Shown: positions 54,489-64,000 of the stretch, piece by piece
Layout: every line of letters starts with the position of its first letter
Position numbering within the stretch: position 1 is the stretch's first letter
NCBI GenBank assembly: GCA_965644265.1
Contig: OZ286470.1
Span: 62,434,001-62,498,000, forward strand
DNA length: 64,000 bases
Reading direction: 5' to 3'
Origin: Glycera tridactyla
Lineage: Eukaryota
Notes under the pieces: model-generated
Told to the model about the DNA's origin: nothing
Databases searched by the model: none
The model's input: the letters and a program-made list of their open reading frames with translations, nothing else
Position numbers and translations under genes: made by a program

Positions 54489-56126
54489 GAAAGGAGAGAG
54501 GGGGGGGGGGGGAGAGTGATAGTCACACATGGAAATGTTCCCAGTGGGAATGTGAATGGTAGGAATAAACTAGATGTCTGAGGTGGAATCTCTAAAACTG
54601 AATAAAACGATGAGTTTTTGTCAATATTCAGCAATGTTGCCAAGTTGGACTGAGTCACCCCTGCTTATCACTTGTACAAACGATGCTTGTCTGTGCTCCC
54701 CTTGGTTGTTTGCCATATTTTTCACCCTACATTTATTCACCCAACTTGTGTGTCAGGTGTCAAGATGATCGAGGTAGTGTGTCATGATCACAATACACAG
54801 TCATACGATTGTAAATTTGGGAAATTTATGGGAATTTTTCACTTTGAGTCTTCTCAACTCTTACCCTCTTCCACCTAACATACCCATGATAGCACTCATT
54901 TAAGTACTATGACCATGAGTGTGTCCCATACTAGTGTGGCAAGTGATTTCCGAAAGTGGAACCATTTAGAGGATCACAACTGCGAGAAGAAGTCCACAAT
55001 CAAACTGCACAAAATCAGCCAAACAATTCATCCAACCAAGGCTGCATGAAGATGCAATTGTAAAAATGCTTGAGGACTGATTAAAACCTGAATGGGTGCA
55101 ACCTTTATGCTTGCAACAAAAACCACTGCAGTTGCCTCATGAATTACAATATCACTATACTGAAAGAAATTCTTCTTCTCTACTGGCAGTTTCACTAGCA
55201 TCAATCAAATCTGACTTTAGCATAGAATCTTGCTGATACAAACATAAAATGGTGAATCTCATTGACAAATATTTGATGGATTTACCACCAAATTTCCAAA
55301 GCTGAGATGGGAATTCCGAAAGCGAGTTTGCAAGTTTCTGCACCAAGATACTTGTGTCAGCACTTCATTTCAGGCCATCTGTTATGTTCGGTAAAACCTA
55401 TCACCATATAACACAGTTGCTTCATTGATGACACAACACCACCACATCATTGACAGACTATTCAGCACTGTTTCTGACTTCCCCATTATTGTCATGTATT
55501 CTGTTTGTCCTCTGCATTATGTGACCCTAGTTTTTACCTCTTACTGTATTATTGTACAATGTATACATCAGATAGTACTCTTCCCCTACAGGAAACCCTC
55601 AACAATAGCATGCACTCATCTGATCTGGATGACTGACAGTTGGTTTCACTCCTCCAACTTCACCCTCTGAGGATCCCTTTCATGGTGGTGGTGTGGGTTT
55701 CCATACCTTGCCCTGATAGGCACATGAAGTTTGAGAAATGTACACGTGACCATACATGATGTTCCTACAGATCACAAGCAATTCACATGCTTGCATGGCT
55801 CACATGGCTTTCCGCACATCTAGCAGAATTCACATCTAATGATGAGGAGACAAACAAGAGAAAACTTGACTTTTGACACAATTCCTCAATTGCCGATTTC
55901 TACATTTGCTAGTCAAGATGAGATGAGAAGCCCAATTAGCCTCGTGGCTCAATAAACAAGTGCTCATCTCTCATGGGAAGGGGCTGATCAAGGAAGAAAA
56001 TTATGCAGCACTAGCTGAGACATGAAAGATAATTCACCCCAAATAATTGGTGAAATGAGGCAAAGATGAATTATTGGGAAAAATCTCTGATTCATCCCAA
56101 TTCTACCAGCAAAAAACAAGTGTGGA

Positions 56127-56489
56127 CAGTCGAGCCTGTCAGAAAATGACCTTTGCGAGAGGTTGCTCATTCTAGGGAATACTCTGACAACCACATCTCA
56201 GACAGGCCTATCTGAGAGGTTGCTCATTCTAGGGAATACTCTCACAACCACATCTCAGACAGGCCTTTGTGAGAGGTTGCTCATTCTAGGGAATACTCTC
56301 ACAACCACATCTCAGACGGGCCTATCTGAGAGGTTGCTCATTCTAGGGAATACTCTCACAACCACATCTCAGACAGGCCTTTGTGAGAGGTTGCTCATTC
56401 TAGGGAATACTCTCACAACCACATCTCAGACAGGCCTCTGTGAGCAGGTAGTCATTGTATGGAGGGGGTCCCTGCAGCAAATTCAACTG
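56127..56489. mobile_element. MITE expanded by an internal 57-bp tandem array
   Basis: Left end cagtcgagcctgtc at 56127; right end gcaggtagtcattgtatggagg...aaattcaactg|TA at 56489. Confidence 0.6.
56157..56441. repeat. 57-bp tandem repeat, 5 units
   Basis: Unit gagaggttgctcattctagggaatactctcacaaccacatctcagacaggcct(atct/ttgt), seen as a 19-aa repeat in the ORF track. Confidence 0.95.
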
Positions 56490-57404
56490 TATATTTCTTT
56501 GACAAACATTCAATTTCATCATATCCTCATTGAAACATTAAGACTGCTTTATCATAGAAACATTTGGTACCGAGAAAGCACTGGGCTAATAATGGCCAGT
56601 ACCGGTACCACACAGGCCCAGTAACAGATGTGCACTGAAAGTGGATCATGTTTACTAATGGGGGGGGGGGGGTGTTAGGGGTAGATGAAGGACATAAGCC
56701 AGTAGCATGTACTTGTTGCAGTGACATGGAAGCATGATGCATGCTTTCACTTCACTCTTTCATGTCCACCATCATTTCCACATATGCCACAATCCTAAAC
56801 ATCAAGAATGCTACAGGCAAGCTGTGAGTTGAATACACAGCCACATAAATAATTCTAACTCTTCCCATCTATCCACAATTCCTCTTGTCTTAAAAACAAC
56901 TCTGACAAAACAACTCTGACAACCACATCTCAGACAGGCCTCTGTGAGCAGGTAGTCATTGTATGGAGGGGGTCCCTGCAGCAAATTCAACTGTATATTT
57001 CTTTGACAAACATTCAATTTCCTCATTTCCTCATTGAAACATTAAGACTGCTTTATCATAGGAACACTTGGTACCGAGAAAGCACTGGGCTAATAATGGC
57101 CAGTACCGGTACCACACAGGCCCAGTAACAGATGTGCACTGAAAGTGGATCATGTTTACTAATGGGGGGGGGGGGGTGTTAGGGGTAGATGAAGGACATA
57201 AGCCAGTAGCATGTACTTGTTGCAGTGACATGGAAGCATGATGCATGCTTTCACTTCACTCTTTCATGCCCACAATCATTTCCACATATGCCACAATCCT
57301 AAACATCAAGAATGCTACAAGCAAGCTGTGAGTTGAATACACAGCCACATAAATAATTCTAACTCTTCCCATCTATCCACAATTCCTCTTGTCTTAAAAA
57401 CAAC
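56415..57404. repeat. Tandem segmental duplication, period 504 bp (56415-56900 and 56919-57404)
   Basis: The copies differ by only a few substitutions; near-identical ORFs at 56527-56742 and 57031-57246. Confidence 0.95.
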
Positions 57405-57968
57405 CAATCCATGTATTATTTTATCATCTTATTTTTTTCTCCTTTCTCATGTTGATGAAAGATAAGTATTTTGTTCACTCTCATGATGGAGGAAAGCCCC
57501 TTGAGCTGAATGAAGGTATTTCAAAATGAAATATTTGCTTCCAAGTATAAATAAAGTTGTTTGAATTGAACTGAACCGAACAATTCAAAACAGTGTATAT
57601 TCAGCATACATATCTGAGAGGTGAGTATGTATGGGTTAGTGCCTAAATATTGTGTAACTACAGCTATAGTCGCTTTATTGAATGCATGCTGCCTCATGCC
57701 AACTCCCACTTGGACAACAGGAGTCAGAGCGGCACATATTTACACTTGTTGGAAACCACGGCAACCACACTGTGTTTGAATTGATCACTGACTACATGCA
57801 TGTATATTGACAAAAGAGATTCAGCCAGTGACTACTGCCATTATCTCTACATTCAAAACCCTTGACCCTTGAAATACAACATTTTCACCTCATGTCACTG
57901 AAATTATGATACCTGGAAAAAAGATTCAGACCTCTTTTACTGATGTTTTTCTGGATAAAGTGAAACTA

Positions 57969-58105
57969 CAGTCAGACCTGTCTATAAAGACCATCCTCGG
58001 TCAAAAAAGAGTGGACCCTCTAGATAAGTGGTCTTCATAGGAAGGTTGCTTACTGTAGAAAATACTATGATGGTCACAAGTCAGGGTGGTCTTTGTTGGC
58101 AGGTG
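57969..58105. mobile_element. MITE, subfamily A, right end truncated
   Basis: TA|cagtcagacctgtctataaagaccatcc followed by the family internal motifs; no right TIR. Confidence 0.7.
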
Positions 58106-58322
58106 CAATTTGTATCCCTTCTGAGCAGGGCAAGGTCAATGACTTGTTCAGGGTACTAAGTTCCGCTATCTGAAAAAAATGATGCCAAAATGGTTGGAAG
58201 GTTGATCGGTTGCAAGTTTCAACCCACCATGCATTCAAGATCTAGGAGCACTGGATGCTTTGTTCCCTGCAAACATCACTCTCACAGATCCTGAACACAA
58301 GACAGCCGTCAAAAAGAAAGTA

Positions 58323-58482
58323 CAGTCGAACCTGTCCATAAAGACCACCTTCGGTCGCATCAAAAACCGGTCTTTATGGGCAGGTGGTCTTTATAGAGAG
58401 GTCATTCACTGTTAAAAATACTATGACAGTCGCAGCTCAGGCGGTCTTTATAGAGAGGTGGTCTTTAGAGCAGGTTTGACTG
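58323..58482. mobile_element. Tc1/mariner-type MITE, subfamily A (intact)
   Basis: TA|cagtcgaacctgtccataaagacc ... caggtttgactg|TA; closely similar to 4679-4856 but with one fewer internal ~17-bp unit. Confidence 0.85.
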
Positions 58483-59269
58483 TAGCTGTAACTTCATGTA
58501 CATAACATGACAAAGGTGGGGCCAGAAGTAGCAAATGTAATTAACTTGATGCTGACACTGAAACGTGGAAGCAATGGTGCCATCCATTTGACTGAGCCAT
58601 TTGTGATCTGATCCGATCAGCATGTGGCCAGGTGACAAGCTCAAGATGTGTAGTGGTGGGGAAAGGGAGCTTAGAGCATATGTGAGTTATTATAGTAACA
58701 TTATGGCTGATGTTTGGTCAATAGACGGAACATTCAGCATGTTGACATTGTATAGCACATGTCAATACGAGCATCAGCCTCACTTCCAGGTGTCCACACT
58801 CACAAAAAGCCCCTAACACAACAACCCAGCAACCCCTCCAGTCCTCATTCCCACCCACCCTCCCCCACTCCAATGCCCCACACTCTTACGTTTCTGCCTG
58901 CTTCAGCCATGCACTCATATAAATGCTCACATGCACATTCAGTTTTTTTGTCTATTTAATGTCAGTAGCAGGATGGAGGTCCATGAAAACAGTCAAACAC
59001 CCAAGCCAAATTTATTGGATATATTTCGAGGATTGAACACAGATTCATGTGCAAGAACATCCCCCCCCCCCCCCCCCCCACACACACACACAAACATACA
59101 GACATGAAATATTTCCATCTGCCCTCTCCATAGGATTGGACACTGAAACTTTGTGGTCCCACCCCTCCCGACAGGCATCCATTCAAATCACCTGCCCTAA
59201 AGTTGTTCTTTAATCTGTGCCAGTAGGCAGGCCTTAGCATAGAGCCCTGAGATACAGTCTCTGACTGCG

Positions 59270-59381
59270 GATACACAGATGGTCATTTACTCTTGAAAAT
59301 GATATCATGGGTGCAATTGAGGGTGCCCTCCATAGAGAGGTGTTATTTATGGAGAGGTGGTCTTTCAGGCAGGTTCAACTG
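59270..59381. mobile_element. MITE right-hand fragment
   Basis: gagaggtggtctttcaggcaggttcaactg|TA terminal signature. Confidence 0.6.
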
Positions 59382-59495
59382 TACATGAAGAGGGTACATA
59401 AGAGCAAATATGATGTCAGGGCTCTACATTACCTTTTTTCTTCATCTGTCCTTCGGGCGAGCTTAGCAGGATTTTCACCTGCCCTCTTGCATATA

Positions 59496-59672
59496 CAGTA
59501 AAACCTGTCTTAAGTGAAAAGTCACGGGACCAAATTTTTCTTCCACTTAAGACAGAATTTTGCTTAGTGCAGGACAATTATAGTGAGAAAAAAACATCCG
59601 GGCAGACCGTGGGGTATGTGCTTAAGACAGGATTTTGCCTAGCGCAGGTTTTCACTCGAGCAGGTTTCACTG
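59496..59672. mobile_element. Tc1/mariner-type MITE, subfamily C
   Basis: TA|cagtaaaacctgtcttaagtgaaaagtcacggg ... caggtttcactg|TA. Confidence 0.8.
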
Positions 59673-60329
59673 TAATCAATGAATTAGAGGTTAGGTACCT
59701 GCCCATCAGGCAGGCAGACTGATAAAATGTCCTGCCTTAACAAGTCTGCCTGCCGGCAGGCAACCCTTGACGTAGATCCCTGGATGTGCCCAGTAATCCA
59801 CTACATCTTCCTCAGTTGAGAGATCCCAGTGGATACATCTGGAGTTCAATGAAATGGCTGTCAACCTTCCCGTTATATGATGTCACTTCCATGTTCAAAC
59901 TTCTTGTTTTGTGTCAACACAGAGGTGAGTGCAGGCAAAACTGGCTTTCTTTGAAAAAGGCATCAGGTTTGTACATGGTCTCTAAATCATCAAGAGTAGA
60001 CATAAAACATGTCCTAAAACCAATATTTGTGAACAGGAATGAGTTTGGTAACAACTCTAGATTCCTACACCAGCATTTTTCCAGATCATCAAAGGTAGGA
60101 ACATTTCTCCCTTTTTCTCATTTTTTTCACGGGCATTATATTTTGCTGCAAAAGATACCATTTTTGAGTGGCACTATGGTGATATCACCAGTGTATCCAT
60201 ATTCCTAATGGTTGAATCACTTAGTCATGTTTGATGTCTCATGAATCCAGTATGGATTATATGGTGAATAAAAATGAAGTTAAACCTGCCTAGTGACTGT
60301 ATCCCAAACCATCACTATAGGAGGGTTAC

Positions 60330-60740
60330 CTTGAGGCTGGTGTTATGGCACCATCACTAATCACCCACAACTGTTCTCAGATGCCAGATAATTGAGTGAA
60401 GAAATATGTGATGTTTTCAAAATCAATATCAATCTTTCCATGGCCTGGGAGAGTCCGTACACCAAGTATGAGAAGGCTAGACCAATGACCTTTGAAGTTA
60501 TCGTCTGGAAACTGTTTTAATCATTTTGCATTCAGTCACCTTGAAATTCAAAATGACCACAAAAAGGTGTCTTGCCATAGCCTTGAAGAGTATGTCCATC
60601 AAGTATGAAATGGCTAGCCTTGAAACTTTTTAAATCATGTTTTGGAAACCATCATTCACCCAGCAAGCCAGCCAGCCAGCTAGCCAGCCACCCAGCCAAC
60701 CACTCACACCAGGGTAGATTTTGAAACATAGTGCCCTGTA
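60330..60740 (+). mobile_element. pearl/Tsp-like non-autonomous Helentron-associated element (HINE)
   Basis: Two diverged core repeats (caccaagtatgagaaggctag...ttatcgtctggaaac and catcaagtatgaaatggctag...ttttggaaac) followed by a (CCAG)n tetranucleotide tract at about 60665-60703; this is the characteristic layout. Confidence 0.6.
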
Positions 60741-61228
60741 GATGAAAGAATCCCAGTTTCAAACTCAAATTCTATTACTGCAGAAATGATAAATCAATGT
60801 AAGTCAGTCAATTTTGTTCCTTTATGTCTATTTATTTGGGTGATATGAATGAATTCTTGGATTTGTAAGCAAATGTTCAGCATAATATACCTCCCAGAAA
60901 ATCATAGCATCATCATTTTGAACAAAATCGAACATGTGTTCAAACATGTGGCCAGCCTGAAGGCAAATAACATGATTAGCGTAATTCAGTCTTGCGAATA
61001 AAATGTTACCATTTCTGACCAAAAAAATCTGGAGTAAATATTGCGGAGTAGCGAATACATTCAATATTGACGGAACATGTTGGTGTTTTGAAGTAGTCCC
61101 CTCTGATTAATGGAGACACACATGTCTGTGTTGATATAACATGGATGCTCACCTACATCATCTCAAACTTGGCTAGCCATATCCAAGGTAGATATTGTTG
61201 AAATCCTTTGCACTAACATCAGAACCAA

Positions 61229-61402
61229 GAACCTGTCTATCAAGACTGCCTTCAGTCGCATAAAAAAGAGATCTTCATAAGCAGGTGGTCTTTATAGAGA
61301 GATCCTTTACTGTTTAATATCATACGACCCTGGTCGCAGCTTGGGTTGGCCTTTATAGAGGTGGTCCATATTGGTAGGTGATCTTTAGACCAGGTTCAAC
61401 TG
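61229..61402. mobile_element. MITE, subfamily A (left end degenerate)
   Basis: gaacctgtctatcaagactgccttcagtcgcataaaaaag ... caggttcaactg|TA. Confidence 0.75.
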
Positions 61403-62059
61403 TATTTGCTACAAAATAGATGTTATCCATAATGCCAGATTTTGATGCTGAGAAAAGATCTGTGTAAACAGTGGATTGTTTTCAGAATTGGTATACATTT
61501 GAGATGTCTATGATCTCTGATCATTCAATCTTATTCATATGATCCAGAAAATGAGGGAACGCGAGGAAATTGAGCACCAAACAACAGTCCGACATGGTAC
61601 CCAACGGCTCAAACTATTCTGTTCCAATTGTAAAATAGAAACCGCATTATATTTTTTTTCCGAACACTTTCCCATCATTGCTATGCAAAAATTGCCTTTC
61701 AATATGGAGTGATGATACGTGGACCAAAATGTCACTAGGCTGGCAATCTGGCACAAACAAATCTGTATCACAGGCCAGTGAGTATTAGCTGGAAGAATCA
61801 GTCTCCCAAAAATAGATTCTCTCTCCCAAATCTGTGCATGTTCAGAAAGGAAAACAAGCTCCAACATTGCTATTGTGAGAGCAGGACAGTTGTAGGAGTA
61901 AACCACATATCAAGATGTCAATTTATCTATCATGGGAGTGACCACCAACCCATGGTTTGCTGAGGTTTGCTCTTCAGAATCATACATGTCCAGGTATGTG
62001 CAAGTCATTTGATGGAGAGCAGGGTGTTTGAGTCGAAACTGTGGTATTATTACAGTCTT

Positions 62060-62130
62060 CGTGATAAGTTCATCACTTTCTGATCAAAAGGCCATTCACT
62101 CTCCCAAAACCCAATCACTCTTCCAAGGAT
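62060..62130 (+). repeat. Interspersed repeat family with cactctccca motifs (copy 3, short)
   Basis: catcactttctgatcaaaaggccattcactctcccaaaacccaatcactcttcc. Confidence 0.5.
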
Positions 62131-62902
62131 ACAGTACAGTGTCTAAATTTGAAGACTGGGGTAAAATACAAACATCTGTGATGAATTCAGTATAGACACT
62201 TCACTGAAGTGAGAGAGCACCCCCACCCCCAAAAGCAGCACAGTGTGTTCATGATGCACCTCACACAACACCACCATAAACAGATGATTCCTCGACAGCC
62301 AACTTCGTGGTTTCTCACATTGAATGTAGCAGTGTGGAGTGTCCGACATAGTGGATGTTGGCAGTGTCATCGGGCACTACCTTCACTGAATGTCTCCTCT
62401 GTAGGCTGTGATGTGCAGTAAAACAAGTGGAAGGAACCCATGGCAGTATTTCCAATATTGAATGGTTGGCAGTGCAGCAAATCGCGCCTAATGACCAGAC
62501 AGTAGCCAGAGTATATGTGGGTGATTTGGCCACATGCAAGATGTGGTTGTGTGGGGAGGCACTGCTTGGATGGCTTCCAATCCTGTTCCGCAAACTGCCA
62601 GTATTTCCCACACTAATATGAGACAACACTTCAACCATGAAGTGCATATACATATCGAGCACGCAGGCATGCATAGGTCGGATCTACCATCAAATACAGG
62701 TGAATCTGTCTTCAATGATCATCCTTGGTCAAACTAAAAAGTGCCACTGTAACTAGGTAATACACTTTGTAAAATATCATCGAGGTCGTCACTTGGGGTG
62801 TATGGAGGGGGGAAACTGCATTGTCGAAAAGGGCATTCTCAAGATTCAGAGACAAACTATTGGTGATAGTGAAAATGCTATTCTGGGATGACCTCTCTTC
62901 AC

Positions 62903-63223
62903 NNNNNNNNNNNNNNNNNNNNNNNNNNNNNNNNNNNNNNNNNNNNNNNNNNNNNNNNNNNNNNNNNNNNNNNNNNNNNNNNNNNNNNNNNNNNNNNNNN
63001 NNNNNNNNNNNNNNNNNNNNNNNNNNNNNNNNNNNNNNNNNNNNNNNNNNNNNNNNNNNNNNNNNNNNNNNNNNNNNNNNNNNNNNNNNNNNNNNNNNNN
63101 NNNNNNNNNNNNNNNNNNNNNNNNNNNNNNNNNNNNNNNNNNNNNNNNNNNNNNNNNNNNNNNNNNNNNNNNNNNNNNNNNNNNNNNNNNNNNNNNNNNN
63201 NNNNNNNNNNNNNNNNNNNNNNN
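62903..63223. other. Assembly gap (321 N)
   Basis: N-run. Confidence 0.99.
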
Positions 63224-64000
63224 TTTAGATTGTGGCTTGTTGTTTCATCCCTCAGTATAACTTCATGTAGCACAAAGCACAAAAGCCTGGCCTAAACGAT
63301 GATCATATCATTAGTAGGGAAGTATGACTCAACTCAAATAAAAATCAAAGTAGTCATCTTTAACATGATTCAGACTGATGCCAGTAAATTCCCCACCCCT
63401 CCTAAATGCTAACTCATTTATTCCACATCGATCACTAATTCCTGCTTCACACAGGCAAAGAGTGTTATTCCTCCTTTGATATGTGCATGTACTGATGTAC
63501 CAATACTCCTCAAGAATGTTATGTCTTTCAAGTGGTATGAATACAGTTCCAAACATCAACAAAGCTTCATAGATGGGAAGTTGAAGAACAAGAGTAAGAG
63601 GAGAGCTACTGATACAAACATGCAGTCAATGCTGGGATCACGGCGGATAGTGGAGTTTCTCATGGTCCTTAGAAGCAGATCGAAGTAGGAATTGATCAGG
63701 AAGAATATATTCTTCTGTGTCTGACAGTATCTGGTGAGATGTCATAATTTCTGTCTTGATTGCATACTTCTATGTGGGAATTATACATAGATAGAGAACA
63801 CCCAGAAGTTCACCTGGAGCCAACCATATGAAGTTAAAAACATTAACAACTGCACATGAATCATACTGCAGCTGTTTTTTTCACAATATTCAATTGATGA
63901 CAATTGATTCTCATGTCAGTGCTGAAACTAGGAACCTGATGTGGCTTTGATTCCTGCAATGCCCAAAGATGAAACAATGAACATCCCAGCTGAAAAAAGG

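Noticed and set aside
55155-55346. SEFPSQLWKFGGK...DLIDAS, reminiscent of an RTE-LINE reverse transcriptase segment (GIPAEVWKYGG...DFKDAS)
   Set aside because: Downstream RT motifs could not be recovered in any frame I read; too weak without a profile search.
62143-62740. Cluster of overlapping 64-119 aa ORFs in a slightly GC-richer stretch
   Set aside because: No recognisable domain or consistent splice signals; compatible with chance.
83-63688. Remaining 60-140 aa ORFs in the track, including those containing X
   Set aside because: No recognisable homology; expected by chance, or created by N-gaps and repeats.

Overview
Eukaryotic, AT-rich genomic DNA from a gapped short-read-style scaffold (six N-runs). 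The repeat content suggests an invertebrate animal, but the species cannot be determined from the sequence. Only one protein-coding segment is recognisable: a large, apparently first coding exon (minus strand, 38876-37967) of an ABTB2/ABTB3(BTBD11)-family gene. It encodes a Ser-rich N-terminus and a tandem H2B-like + H2A-like histone fold, ends at a canonical GTGAGT donor, and has a GC/CpG-richer promoter-like region at about 39.1-39.45 kb. I recognised no further exon between the donor and base 1, so that side is probably one intron of at least 38 kb; 39.5-64 kb looks intergenic or 5'-regulatory. The rest is repeat-dominated: many TA-flanked Tc1/mariner-type MITEs in several subfamilies, a 26 x 72-bp minisatellite and a 5 x 57-bp array that both appear to derive from those MITEs, a 504-bp tandem duplication, SINE and LINE fragments, a pearl/HINE-like element, hAT-like fragments and microsatellites. 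No CRISPR, rRNA or tRNA genes were seen. The best leads are the histone-doublet domain and the repeated MITE-to-tandem-repeat conversions; neither can be shown to be new without database searches.
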